NCBI RefSeq assembly: GCF_009914755.1
Contig: NC_060929.1
Source: the human T2T-CHM13v2.0 reference genome, Homo sapiens
Direction: 5' to 3' (one strand)
Length of the DNA stretch: 64,000 nucleotides
Made by a program: the position numbers and the translations under genes. Positions 27,931 to 41,789 of the stretch are shown piece after piece; the first letter of the stretch is position 1; every line of letters begins with the position of its first letter. Below the pieces are notes generated by a model. That model saw only the letters and a list, made by a program, of their open reading frames with translations. It was not told where the DNA came from and ran no database searches.

Positions 27931-29694
27931 TGATGCCAGCTTGCTCCCTGTGTGCCCAGCGGCACTGCCTCTCTTGCTTGCTAAAGTCACCCTGTCCCCA
28001 GAACGCCACCCAGAAAGACTGCATATCCCCATAGCAGGAAGAGCATCACCCTGGTCATTTAACCCAGAGGCTTTCGTACCCAGCTGGCCTTAGCCAAAGG
28101 TCTCTGCTCTTTACATCTCTCTTCTTTTTTCTTTTTCATGGGTCATGGGCCAACCAAGCATGATCTTCTCATGGTGACGACAGAATTGCCAGGGAGCCAG
28201 CCCCATGACACAAGCATGTTTTAAGCCCCTGTCCCCATCACGTCTGCAATGTTCCAGGACCAACAGAATATTCCAGGGATGTACAGCATAGAGTGGGATG
28301 GAGTATATGTGGTTCTGAACACTAATGCATTCTGACATGAGACCAGCACGGTGTCCATGTGTGCTGCTGAGTGTGGCTGCCATCTGCTCCACATACAGCA
28401 TTCATTCTGCAGGTGAGTCATAGAACAAATCCTAGTCTGGCCCATTTCTGCCTCTGGTATCTTTGGTCACTGTGGAATCAATAAGCCACTTTAAATAGAA
28501 CAGCATGAAAGACACACATGAGTTGCAAAATGTAAAATAAATACTTTAATCCAAAGCATAAAACCTCTTTTATTATTCATTGCTTTGGATTATCCATGCC
28601 TCTGCTTCCCTTTATTTACATCATTAGTCGAGATGTGCTCTAGTTTGGAATTATTCCATTGCCACATTAAAGTCAGTTCTCATATAAACATTTTGGCGAT
28701 GGTCATCCCTGCCTGCTCTAAACTAACACATTCTGGCGGACTTATTTATAGTATCATTTTTCTTCAGCATCAAAGTCTCCTTATGTTAGTAAATCTAACA
28801 TATTAATGATAGATATATGGTCAATATATAGTAAAGAATCAGTAGGTAAGTAGTAAGAAGAAAATGATATGGTATAGATTTATTAGCATGGTTATGTTTA
28901 TGATTTTGATTTTATCAATTTACCTAATGTTTATGATGCACCCAGTAAATAAGAGGATAAAATGTAACCAGGCTACTGGAGAGCAAGAGCCACAGAGAGC
29001 AGTATATGGCTTCCGACCACTGCTGCAGTGAAATATTGCTGTGTCACCTGGTAGCAACAGCCAGCGCCATTAAGAGAAGCAGAGCAGAGACAGGGAGCCA
29101 TGTCTTGTAGCACAGGGAGCCTGTGAAAGCCAGACAGAGAAAGGTGAGGGCTCTGACATGACAGGTGTCAGCTAGTGAGCTGGCAGAGTGTAGAAACAGG
29201 AAGTTCTCACTGTTCAAACCCAGAGGCTGCACGGAGAAGCATCAGAGAGAGATGGATCTCAGAGAGCTGGGGCTGGCCAAAGCTTCATGTGGTCTCATTC
29301 AGCAACCTCCCCCTCGATTTCCTGCAGGGAGAGACAGACCCTCTAGGTTGAGATTTGGGGCTGTGCAGCTTTGGGGAGCAACAGGGGGGTTGCTCGTGGT
29401 TCCTCTGACATGGAGAGAACTAGATGGGAATTCTTGAAACACCATGGTTGGCATTCTTGGCGTCACTTTCCTCTCCCTGAGACGGCATGATTATGTTTAT
29501 TGGGGTCTCCTTTTATTGTGCAACAGGGACATTGCTCCCCCCTGCTCCTGCCCCACCCCTCCCTCAACCTTTAAGAACCCTCTTTTTAAGTTTTTTCTTT
29601 TTTGGAGCAAAGATTGTATTTTATAGTAATGGCTATTGCTTTCCTGGAGTGTGATGAAGCACGTGATCTCTTATGTCCATGGGCAGAAAGAGAC

Positions 29695-30510
29695 AAAGGT
29701 ACATGGAGCCAACAATCATATTTTAAAAAGCTCAACATCACTGATCATTAGAGAAATGCAAATCAACACCACAATGACATGCCATCTCACACCAGTCAGA
29801 ATGGCAATTATTAAAAAGTCAAAAAATAGCAGATGCTGGTAAGGTTGCAGAGAAAAAGGAATGCTTATACACTGTTGGTGGGAGTGTAAATTAGTTCAGC
29901 CATTGTGGAAGAGAGTGTGGTGATTCCTCAAAGACCTAAAAACATAAATACCATTTGACCCATCAATCCCATTACTGGGTATTTATCCAAAGGAATATAA
30001 ATCCTTCCATCATAAAGACAGACGCATGCCTATATTCATTGCAGCACTGTTCACAATAGCAAAGAAAGGGAATCAACCTAAATGCCCATCAGTGGTAGAC
30101 TGGATAAAGAAAATGTGGTACATATACACCATGGAATACTATGCAGCCATAAAAAAGAATGAGATCATGTCCTTTGCAGAAACATAGATGGATCTGGAGG
30201 CTATCATCCTTAGTAAACTAATGCAGGAACAGAAAACTAAACACCGCATGTTCTCACTTATAAATGAGAGCTAAATGATGAAAACACAGGGACACACAGA
30301 GGGGAATAACACACACCAGGGCCCACTGGAGGGTGGAAGGTGGGAGGAGGGAGAGGATCAAAAAAAACAACTAATAGGTACTACGCTTAATACCTGGGTG
30401 ATAAAATAATCTGTACAGCAAACCCAAGTGATGCAACTTTACCTACATAACAAGCCTGCTCATGTACCCCAGAACTTAAAATAAAAGTTAAAGAACAACA
30501 AGAAAAAACA
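29695..30510 (+). mobile_element. L1PA (older, L1PA13-16-like) 3' end
   Basis: ORF2 end and 3' UTR ending CATGTACCCCAGAACTTAAAATAAAAGTT. Confidence 0.92.
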
Positions 30511-30771
30511 AATCAACCTTGTGAATCTGAGAGTAAGTAAATTATGCCATGATTTTAACTTGCCTCTCATTATGTGAGCTTGAACAATTTTATGTGTTTA
30601 CTGGTGAGTTTAATTTCCGTCTTTGTGGGTTGTTCTCTTTCTATTCATTTATGTACTTGTTTTTTCAACATGTATTTGTCGAGCATCTTGTGTCTCAACA
30701 AACATCATGTTGAGCATGCTCGCTTCTAGGTGTATCTGGAACACAGCAGTGAGCATGTCATAGGTCTACTG

Positions 30772-30850
30772 CAGGAGTTGGCACACTACGATCTGTGGGC
30801 CAAATTTGAACCACTTCCTAATTTTGTAAATAAAGTTTTACTGGAACACA
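30772..30850 (+). mobile_element. MER58-like hAT-Charlie fragment, preceded by a possible L2 piece (~30655-30770)
   Basis: CAGGAGTTGGCACACTAC...GGGCCAAAT...TTTTGTAAATAAAGTTTTACTGGAACAC. Confidence 0.65.
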
Positions 30851-31211
30851 TACACACACAAGATCCGAGCAGCGGGTGAGGCACAGCATGTGACTAAGGT
30901 ACAAACAGAGAAGGAAAGGAAACACCCCTTCCACCTACCTAGAGGGCAAGGCAATCACTTCTCAGCATCTGAAGCTGAGGAGAGAAGATATGCAAGTCCT
31001 TCAGCCCATGAGGCTGATGAGACCGATGTAAACACAACCAGTCATAGCTTCACTTGCCTGAAAGGTAAGAGAAGAGAAACAGCAAGGAAAGGGCAAAAAG
31101 GAACAGTGGTGTCCACACAACATGTACATTCACTGCGAGGTAGAAAAGCACAGGGAAGACCAGTGCTCCTCGAGGGCCCATCTACAAAGGCTTGAGCCTA
31201 GGCAAGAATCA

Positions 31212-31610
<399 letters not shown>

Positions 31611-32607
31611 GGAAGAAACTTGGATGGGAGCAGAAGAAAACATTAGAATAAGCCTGATCCCAAAATGTTTACAGATGTAAATGCTGGGACATAAAATCCA
31701 ATCTGTGTTTGTTTCATGCCAAGGGCATGCTGGGAGAGTCTGTAGCTGCCTGCAGTGACATCCAGCACAGCTCAGGGCCCTCCCTGGGGGACATTCACAG
31801 CCTCTACACTGAAGGCAGGCAGGGTACTCCAGCATTCTACCATTTCTAAACTCCCACTGCAAACAATTTCAAGCAACTCTGACACAGGAAATTTCTCACT
31901 CAGTCACAGAATAGATAAATCTAAATTTCTGAAATGGACAGGTGCAAAGAAGAGAAGATTTGATGTGGATAAATATGTGGCAAAATAGCCAGAGGGAAGC
32001 CATCGGCCTGACAGCGAAAGAGGTGCAGTCATTTGGAAGAAAAGACAGAAATGTCTGGGCAGGTAGGGAGGGTAATGAATTGTGTGGGAGAACAGCACAG
32101 CTATGCTGCCAAAAATGATGAATTCCCTCTTGCAGCAGGAAGAAAGGCATTTAGAATTAATGGGTAAAAATAGCCCCTTATTGGGTCTTGGTAAATCCAT
32201 TTTGAAATCTTTTGTTCTCCTTTGAATCTCCTATTTTCAAAGGGAGCTTGAAACTTCAGTAGGAAAGGCACAGTCATGGGAGATTATGTGATCCTTGGAT
32301 CCAGCTTGAACAGAAGTCCCCAGAGAATGGCTTGATCAGGGGAGAAGACATTGAGAAGGATGAGAACAACATCGCTCCTTCTAAATTAAGATGATGTAAT
32401 ATGGCCATGGACCCTGCTAAGGTTTAATCAGCACCTGACTTTTAGTTGTGTCCACACAATGGAGTCTGACCATTGGGTTGGTGGTCTCCTACGTCATGAA
32501 GAATATTGAGAAATGGAGTTAACAGTTTACCAGAAAAAGACAGTCTTTACAAACACCTGAGTATGTACCAATGGCTGGCTCTTTCCTCTGCTCTAATACA
32601 CTGTCTA

Positions 32608-32790
32608 GGCCAGTCATTCCCAAACCTGTCTGTGCATTGGAATCACCAGGGTAGCTTCAAAACACACTGAGGTCTGAGTCTCAACCTGAGATTAGAATTT
32701 TACTGGTTGGGGACATGGCTAAGCTTTGGAATTTTCACAAGATTCCCAGGAGATTCTAATGTACCCACAAGTTTGGAGCCATTGCTGTAG
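32608..32790. mobile_element. MER5-type hAT-Charlie element
   Basis: TTCCCAAACCTG...TTGGAATCACC...CCCAGGAGATTCTAATGTAC...AAGTTTGGAGCCATTG. Confidence 0.7.
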
Positions 32791-32984
32791 ACAAGTTTTG
32801 TTTAACATGTGGGGTGTAGATAGTAGGATGGCACATGAACACACCTGCAGAAGCTGTAGTGATAGCAATGAAAGGGCAGGAGTATCAGCTGCAGGAGTGA
32901 CATGAGGATCCTGCTGATGGAATGCCTCCCACACATCAGGCATCCTCTCAGACCGTCACATAAAGAATTCCAGCAGACACACTC

Positions 32985-33110
32985 CAGTAGGGTCATTATT
33001 ACAAATCCCCAATTTGCAGATGAGAAAACAGAGGCAGAGGGCAACTCTGCCACTGACCGTGATCACAAAGCCAGAAAGGGGCAGGGCAGGGCTCCCAACC
33101 AGACCTGGAC
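32985..33110 (-). mobile_element. MIR fragment
   Basis: Core TTTGCAGATGAGAAAACAGAGGCAGAG. Confidence 0.55.
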
Positions 33111-33287
33111 AGAGACCCATGGCACCATTGTGTCTCACCCAGCAAGCAAGCAGGAGGTGGGTGCCCCCACTTACCTGGAAGGCAGCTCCAGGCACCTGTC
33201 CTTGACTGCCCTCCACCTGAGCCACCCTATCTCTTCCAGTGTGACCCACCCCAGGACTGTCTTTCCTACACAATGCCTGCTCCTCTT

Positions 33288-34050
33288 TCCCTCCATCCTG
33301 AGGGAGGTGTGACCCTCCCTTCTTTGCCTCCGGTGGTGCCCCCTCCTCCCCTCCATCCTGAGGGAGGTGTGACCCCCTCTCCTTCTCTCATGCAATGCTT
33401 CCCCCTCCTCCCCTCCATCCTGATGGAGGTGTGACCCTCCTCTCCTCTGGTGCTCCTCCTCCTCCTCTGCATCCTGAGGGAGGTGTGACCCTCCTCTCCC
33501 TCTCTTCTGAGGGGCTCCCCTCCTCCCCTCCTCCCCTCCATCCTGAGGGAGGTGTGAGCCTCCTCTCCTTCTCTTCTGTGGTGCTCCCTCCTCTTTCCCT
33601 CCATCTTGAGGAAGGTGTTGCCCTCCTCTACTTCTCTCTTGTAGTGCTCCCCCTCCTCCCCTCCATCCTGAGAGAGGTGTGACCCTCCTCTCCCTCTCTC
33701 CTGTAGTGCTCCCCACCTCCCCTCCATCCTGAGGGAGGTGTGACCCTCCTCTCCCTCTCTCCTGTGGTGCTCCACACCTCACCACCATCCTGAGGGAAAT
33801 GTGACCCTCCTCTCTTCTCTCCTGTGGTGCTCCCCCTCCTCACCTCCATCCTGAGGAAGGTGTGACCCTCCTCTCCTTCTCTCCTGTGGTGCTCCCCTTC
33901 TCCCCTCCATCCTGAGGGAGGTGTGACCCTTCTCTCCCTCTCTCCTATGGTGCTCTCCTTCCTCCCCTCCATCCTGAGGGAGGTGTGCCCTTTCCTCTCT
34001 CCAACTCCCTGGTGGTTCCCCTGCCTCCTCTCCATCCTGAAGGAGGTGCA
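33288..34050. repeat. VNTR, ~61-62-bp unit, ~13 copies
   Basis: Recurrent core CCCTCCATCCTGAGGGAGGTGTGACCCTCC with C/T-rich variable spacer. Confidence 0.95.
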
Positions 34051-35602
34051 GGCAGCCCTGCTCTCAGGAGGCCACAGGGCATATGGTTCTGCTGCTCCTG
34101 CAGAGGCCAGGTCATTCCCATTAGACTGCCTTCATTACGGGCTCCTCCTATGAACAGTGTCTGGAGGCACTGAGGTCTCAGGTTTCTGATCACCTGGTGG
34201 ATGGCTCCTTTTTTCACTTCTTTCAGCCACTCCTCCCTCCACCTCAGGGCAAATCCTGGGCTGAGAGGCTGCTGTCCTCCGGCCTGCACCCAGCATTGTC
34301 TTTGGGCAGGAGCTGATGCCTGCACTGCATCCCAGGGCTGACCCGACAGGGCTGATGCCGGCGGAGTCCAACAAAACGCCTCCCTCTGCATGGGTGCTGC
34401 TCTCCTGCTTGAGAATGGAACAGCCACCCTGACAGGAGTGGCTCTTTGTCGTTATTGTTGTTTTTCTTGTCTGGGTTCCTTTGTATAACAGAGGAGAGAT
34501 GCTTTTAGTGTCTAAGTAATCAATATGCAGGACAGGATTATGTCATTTTGCTGTTTCCACAGCCCATTAGAAAACTGAAATCTGGCACTTATGTTTGGGG
34601 TGCTCCTCTGTCTGCTACAAGCATTTTACATCCCTTGAAGCTCCAGCTGTGGTGAGACTGTACCTTACGACGGAGCGATTGTGGTGAATTCAGGTGCAGA
34701 GCCGCCTCACTCCTCTCCGCAGAGAGACAGACAGAGCGAGGCTCGGAAAAGTGCAGAAGGTGACAGAAGCTGGGCTCAGGTGTGAGCGTGACCAACTTGT
34801 TTTGAGAAGTGCAGATGCTGTCCTCTGAAGACACCCGACCTAGACGGAGATGGAGTCCAGAGCCAGCAGAGACCCTCAGCGAGGCACAACCTACCCTCCA
34901 AACAAAACGCCCATCCTGCCCTTCTCCAGGCCTTCTCAGCGGCCACGATCTGACCTCCTGAGGCTGTGGATGGTGGAGACTGACCGCTGGCTGCGTGGCC
35001 CCTGCCGACGTGAGGGAGACTTAGCATGAAATCGCCCCGGATGCCCAGGAGGCTCTCCCAACATGAGCTATAAAAGCTGACCAAACACCACACCCCACGC
35101 TCTCAAAGCTGCCTCCCATATCATCAACACCTGGACGCTCCTGCCCCAGCCTCCGACCATGCCGCCATTCCCTCAGGGTCCCCGAGGCCCCCACCCCTCT
35201 GGGAGTCCCGCACCGTCACGAGTGGTCACAGCGGATGGGCGCCAGCCCTGGTCACCTTAAGCAACCAGCTCGCCAGGCTTCCCCGTGGCATCTGGAGAAA
35301 TGGCTCACCACCTGCACCCCACGCCAAGCTCAGGTGGCAGAGCAAGTAAGGATGCCCACATTCCCGAGATGGAGAAAGTGCTGCTGAGCCTGGGACCTTG
35401 GTTTGTTTTGGCTTTTTGAAAAACTGCAAATCTCTGGCTTCAAGGAATGGGCTCAGGTGAGGTCCGAATCAATGGGATGGTAACCCACTGCCCTGGGAGG
35501 ACCTTGTCCCCAGGTCAGCCTTCACACCCTGTCCTCCCACTCTGACAGGAGTGAGAAGAGATGATGAAGCCCCTGGCTGCAGGTCGGCTACTCTCCTGGT
35601 TA

Positions 35603-35977
<375 letters not shown>

Positions 35978-37707
35978 CTATGCTCCATGGAAATTGCATG
36001 GAAAAGTAATTAGAAACAAGAACTATCACGTGTCCTCTTTACCAATTACTCTATAAATAAAGTAAAAACATGACAATAACTTATGTGTATGTGTGTATTC
36101 ATAATGTGTTTTTTTTTAATTTCCAAAATATGACAGAAACAAATATTCAGCACTATGTCTTTTCCTCCCCAGTGTCTAGTTTGGGTTGAAACCTCTTAGA
36201 GTCAACATCACATCCTGCTGGTGTCCTCTACAGCTGTGGGAGTGTGGCATTGCTGCCCGGGAGGTAAACCCTACTGGCCAGGATTTCTGAGTCACACTGC
36301 AAGGAACCACTGTAGAAGCAAGGTTATCACATCAGCGTCGCACAGAGGACACGCAAGGGGAAGGAGTGTGACTGCATCAGATTACCACCTTTTCGTATGG
36401 TAAATCTCAAAATTTGGCATGGAAGATTGCTGTGAAAGGGGAAAACACCCAGACATGGTCGCTGGAAACCAGTTCCCAGACCCTCTTCACGTGGGCTCCT
36501 CCCAGGGCAGCGCTCTTTGTGTTTACAACTTGGGAACTGCCCTGAGATGTGGAGATCCCTTTTGTAAGGTGACCACCTCCTGGGATACCAACAATCGCAG
36601 AGGGCCCTGAGGATGGACAGTGGTGCAACAAGGGTCCCCTCTTACCTGGAGAGTTAATCAAGCCCCAGTAATTGGAAACTGAAGCTTCTGGCCAGACAGA
36701 GCCATGAAATCCTGCTCTTTCCAGAACGTCCCGACAAGGACATGACCCCTAGCTGGTGACTGATGGCATGGGGCCCTCCCGCAGCCAGACAAGGAACAGG
36801 AGAGAAGGCAGCCAGCCTCATCCCTGCATACCCCTCAGGACCCCACCTGGCAGGTGTCTGAGCAGGCAGAGAGGCCTCTCATCTGCTTCCCCTGTCACCT
36901 CTCACTCAAGGGTCTCCAGTAGTCAGTGGGACCCACCTCAAGGCCAGAGGCTGACATCCCTGCCGCCCAGGCTCCTGAGTGTCCTCCTCACAGTCAGAAG
37001 CTGCGCCCATGGGAGGTGGCCCTGGCAGCACATGCTCGTCCTCTTCAGTGTGGTCGATCAAAAGCAGTTTCGGGCATGCTTCTATGGACCAACCTCCTCC
37101 CTGTGACCAGCCATCAAAGTGCCACTCATCTCCTGCCTGGCCACAAAGGATGTCCTTATGCTGCTGCCTCTCATCTCTCCTCTCACAGCTGGGATTTCAT
37201 CCCTTCTTCTTCCTTCTCCAATCCCTTCCCCTCCCAACCTCAGTCTTCATCCTGAAACCCTGGGCTCTGGCCCAAGTCATATCAGCACAAAGAGCCTGGG
37301 AGGGGCCTCCAGAGCCACAAGGGGTCAGAGAGTGTGGCTGCAAAATGCTCAGGGCCCAGGTACTGGGGCCAGTCCCAAGAAGGGTAGGCCCAGATATTGC
37401 AGCCAATCCAGAGGATGGTGGGCTTCAAGTGGATGCCCTGATTCCATATTTTCCAAATAGCTGACTTCCAGATAGCACCTGAACCAATGCCTTGTCCATT
37501 GTGCGCCCCTGGCTGGAACAGACAACCAGGTGACAGCCTGTGCACCTCTCCTGAGGAAGGACTTAGGGATTCAGACCATAGGACCGACATTACCTTGAAA
37601 CTTGGAGATATGTTAAGAGCGTTTGTTCACATGTGGTGTTTCTCTTCTCCCCTGGGTCCTAAGATGTCACAGGTCTTTCTGGCCAGGTGCCCAGAATGGG
37701 CATTTTC

Positions 37708-38005
37708 CTTCTTTTTTTTTTTTTTTTTTTTTTGACAGCGTCTCCCTCTGTCACCTAGTCTGGAGTGCAGTGGAGTGCTCATACCTCACTGCAACCTCTG
37801 GACTCAAGTGGTCCTCCCACCTCAGCCTCCCCAGTAGCTGGGACTACAGGCACGAGCCACCATGCCTGACTAACTTTGAAATTTTTGTAGAGATGGGGTC
37901 TTACCATGTTGCCCAGGCTGGTCTTGAACTCCTGCGTTCAAGTGATTCTCCTGCCTCAGCCTTCCAAAATGCTAGGATTACAGGCGTGAGCCACAGTGCC
38001 CGGCC
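37708..38005 (-). mobile_element. AluJ-like SINE
   Basis: Poly-T, diverged Alu; TSD AATGGGCATTTTC. Confidence 0.92.
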
Positions 38006-38246
38006 CACAATGGGCATTTTCATTACAATTTTAGAGAGGGAAAAGCTGGCCCCACTTCAGTGAGCTGCCTAAAGTCATCTATTAATAATAGTGGGACGAA
38101 CAGTATCAGGTCCCAAGTCATGTACCAAGGTTGCTACCCTAGTGGGACTGAGAGATGACAAGGCACATGTGATTACAGTAAGCAGGGGAGAGTGGCCATC
38201 CATTTTAAGGGAAGGTTACCATTGTCATCAAAGAAAAAGTAAAAAG

Positions 38247-38652
38247 ACCTGAAGAGTAGGTGTGAGGTGGTTTCTACCTGAAGAGAAGGCATGAGGTAGA
38301 TTCTACCTGAAGAGCAGGTGCGTGGTGGATTTTACCTGAAGAGAAAGTGTGTGGTGGATTCTACCTGAAGAGAAGGCATAAGGTGGTTTCTACCTGAAAA
38401 GAAGGCGTAAGGTGGTTTCCACCTGAAGAGAAGGCGTGAGGTGGTTTCTACCTGAAGAGCAGGTGTGTGGTGGTTTCTACCTGAAGAGCAGGTGTGTGGT
38501 GGATTCTACCTGAAGAGAAGGTGTGTGGTGGTTTCTACCTGAAGAGCAGGTGTGTGGTGGATTCTACCTGAAGAGAAGGCGTGAGGTGGTTTCTACCTGA
38601 AGAGCAGGTGCGTGGTGGTTTCTACCTGAAGAGAAGGCGTGTGGTGGGTTCT
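38247..38652. repeat. VNTR, exact 29-bp period, 14 copies
   Basis: ACCTGAA starts at 38247, 38276, 38305 ... 38624; consensus ACCTGAAGAGMAGGYGTGWGGTGGWTTCT. Confidence 0.97.
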
Positions 38653-38659
38653 ACTTTCC

Positions 38660-39230
38660 AACAAAAGCCACAGTGATGGTTCCTGCCCCATGCACTCCTT
38701 CAAAACCTCCTCTTTCATCAAGAGCTGGAGGCTTCTCTTCACCCTCCTTGTACCCGGGTGTTTATGCAGATGCCTTTGAAAATAAACTGTGGCAGAAGTG
38801 GCACTGTGTGCCTCTGAGGCCAGGTCAGGAAAGGCGATGTATTCGACTGGACACTCCTGTCTCTCCCTGTCTCTTTGGCTCTCTCTCTCTGTCAGGGAAG
38901 GTGGCTTTGAAGCCCTGAGCCACCTCCTAGGGAATCCATCCCTGCTGTGCTGCAGAGACCACATGGAGAGACCACTGATGGCCAAAGAGCCCAGCTTGGG
39001 GATGTCCCTCACCCAGGCACCACCCATGCAAGCAAAGAAGCTTTTGGGATGACTTCCTCACAGTGATTGTCTGGCTCTAATTTCATGGAAGACTCTGAGC
39101 CAGAATGTCACAGCCAAACTACTCCTGAATTTCTGATCACAGAAGCGGGGAGAGACAATAAATGGTCATTGTTGTTTTAAGCTACAAAGTTTTGGGGCAC
39201 TTTGTCACCCAAGAATAGGTAACAAATACA
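38660..39230 (+). mobile_element. MLT1 (MLT1F-H-like) MaLR LTR
   Basis: GGCAGAAGTGGCACTGTGTGCCTCTGAGGC and 3' end TTGTTTTAAGCTACAAAGTTTTGGGG...TAGGTAACAAATACA. Confidence 0.75.
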
Positions 39231-39279
39231 AAGCAGATGCACACACTCCTTTCTGCTTTATGATTTGTCTGACTGGGGA

Positions 39280-40170
39280 TGTGAAACAATAAAAAATATA
39301 TTTATATTCATACATAGGTCTCCAACTCTGGTTCCTGGCACTGAGCTTTTAAAACCCTTGGAATTTTCTTAAGCAATAGGGGAGTTAGGAACATCTTTGT
39401 TGTAATATTTGGTCTTTGACTCTGGCTCCTGACACAGAGTTCCTAAGACCTTTGTAATTTCCTGGGTGACAGGAGCATCTTTTTTTTCTAGTGAGGCAAC
39501 TCTTGGTGGGCTTCTGGATGGCAGCGGGTCACCAGAAATACCAACCCATGATTAGAAGCTTGGGACTTTCAGCCACAACTCCCATTCTCCAGTGAGGGAA
39601 AGGAGCTGGAAATGGAGTTAGTAAGGCATCATGTCCTTGTGATGCAGCCTCCATTAAAATCTCAAAACTATGGAGTTTGGAGAGATTGCAGATTGACGAA
39701 GACATAGGGGTACCTAGAGGGCAGCACATTCAGAGGGACATGGGAGCCGTGCACCCCTTCCCACAAACTCTGCCCTGTGCCTTTCTTCCATCCAACTGTT
39801 CATCTGTATCCTTTTTTTGTCTAGTAAACTGGTTAATGTTAGCATTTCCCAAGTTCTGTAAGCTGTCCTATCAAATTATCCAAGGAGGGGGTCATGGAGA
39901 CCCTGATTTATAGCTGGTTGGTCATAATCATAGGACACAATCTGGTACTTGTTATTGGTGTCTGAAGTGGAAGCAGTCTTTTAGGACTGAGCCCTTAACC
40001 TGTGGGGTTTGTGGGAACTCTGGTTAGTGTCAGAGTTGAATTGAATTGTAGGACACCCAGTGGGTGTCCACTGGAGAATTACTTGGTGTGGAGAAAAAAA
40101 CCCCACCCCACCAGAAGTGATCTGTGTTAAGAGTATAGCAGGAGGAAACAGCCAGTTGTTTTGTTTTTTC
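39280..40170 (+). mobile_element. MER21-like LTR
   Basis: GGTTCCTGGCACTGAGCTTTTAAAACCCTTGGAATTT, GTCAGAGTTGAATTGAATTGTAGGACACCCAG. Confidence 0.75.
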
Positions 40171-41630
40171 CTACTATTCAGGGAAACTCTGTGAAGACTT
40201 CCATCTTTCAAGTTCCATCTTTCCCCAGCAACCATCGGATTCACGGAAGAAGATCATCTCCACAAAACCAGTGCATGACTGGACAATAAGAACTAAAGCA
40301 ACATAAATACCCTGCATGGGGGTCCAATGACAAACATGCACCTGGACAACCCACTGCTGGCACACAAGGGAGGGCAAACTCACGCTCACCATGAGGAGAG
40401 GTCAAAGAACCACGTCCCCTGGGAGCCCACATGAAGGCAAGGTCTCTAGGGGAGGATGAGGGACAGAGGCAGCTGGGGAGGTGACACTGTCCTCACACTG
40501 CTACTCTGATTGTTCAGAAGCCACTGGTGTGTTTTCTTTAGTTTTTAATTATGTAGTTTATTATTATTTTTTTGTTTTCCTTCTTATCTTTTCTCTCATT
40601 TAGCTCCTTGTTGACCCTTAGCAGAGAAAACATTTCAAAGATTAATGAGAAAACATCAGGTTGGTTTGCCTGTTACTGACAGTCACCATGAAGGGTTGTG
40701 GAGGAGGAAGGCTCAGTCATGGTCAGAAACAGCCTGAGTTTTATTCATGTATTTTTACATCCAGTGTGGCTGTGACACAACACTGAGCACGCTTGAAAAG
40801 AAAACTTGCTTCTCTTTCATTAAACCTCACAAATATTTTGCAAACCAGTAGCAAGAGTGGCTGTTCCCATTTTTCAGCTAAAAGTTGTGGAATAGGGAGT
40901 GACTCAGTGCTCCTGATTTGCCACAACACAATTCTCCCCCACTGGAAAAGCAAGTCCTTGACGTGTACCTGAGATCACAGTGAACCCAGCAAACCATCAC
41001 CTGTTACCTGCTATTCCTTAGTACAGACACAGTGCTTGTGGAGGGTCAGTTAATAATGTAATTTACCCTTCTACTTAGTAGTGAAAAGGTCATGCTGTGT
41101 GACATGCTCTGGGGTCCCTGAGAGAGACATGAAAATAAATTTCTATGATCTGCAGGCCCCGAAGAGAGAGCAGATGCAAGGAGACACCTACACAAAGCTC
41201 TGACCGGCGGAGCGAGACCACTCATGAAACAGCTGAGCCGGAAGTGAAAGAGCCCAGCGCCCACCACAAAGAAGCTGCTATTCTATCTTTTGAATAGAAT
41301 GGACCCAGTCATCTTAGGTGGTTTTGAACTGTCAAAAAATAAATAGAGGAAAAGATCAAGCACTCACTTTTGTGTCTCCCCTGCTAATGAGACACCAATA
41401 AAATGAGAGCAAAATGATTACCAGAGACAGAGACTAAGAACAGAAAAGAACAAAAGAGAATAACAGAGGAATAAACTCATAATGGCAAAGAGAAAAAGAA
41501 GAGTTCATTGACAAATGAGAGATTTCAACAAATTCCAGGAAGCTTAAAAAGTGATAAAACAAAATAAAACATTACAGCCAAAATTTCACTGAAAAAGCAT
41601 AGAGCAGAGGATAAGAAAAATAACTGCAAT

Positions 41631-41777
41631 AATAATAATGATTGGAGGACCGTGATATCAGGTAATGTGCACCGAGTGAGGATTGGGTGTCCAGCCCAGT
41701 GATTAATAATAATAATTGGAGCACCATGATATCAGGTAACATGCACCGAGTGAGGATCAGGTGTCCAGCCCAGTGAT
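41631..41777. repeat. Two-copy tandem duplication, 74-bp unit
   Basis: ATTGGAG...TGATATCAGGTAA...GCACCGAGTGAGGAT...GTGTCCAGCCCAGTGAT at 41641 and 41715. Confidence 0.92.
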
Positions 41778-41789
41778 AAACCCTCGACT

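Noticed and set aside
33171-34035. Long Arg/Gly/Glu-rich ORFs (205, 169, 135 aa)
   Set aside because: By-product of a stop-poor VNTR; no independent coding evidence
38247-38652. CRISPR-like 29-bp periodicity
   Set aside because: Head-to-tail repeats with no unique spacers, in eukaryotic DNA with no cas genes
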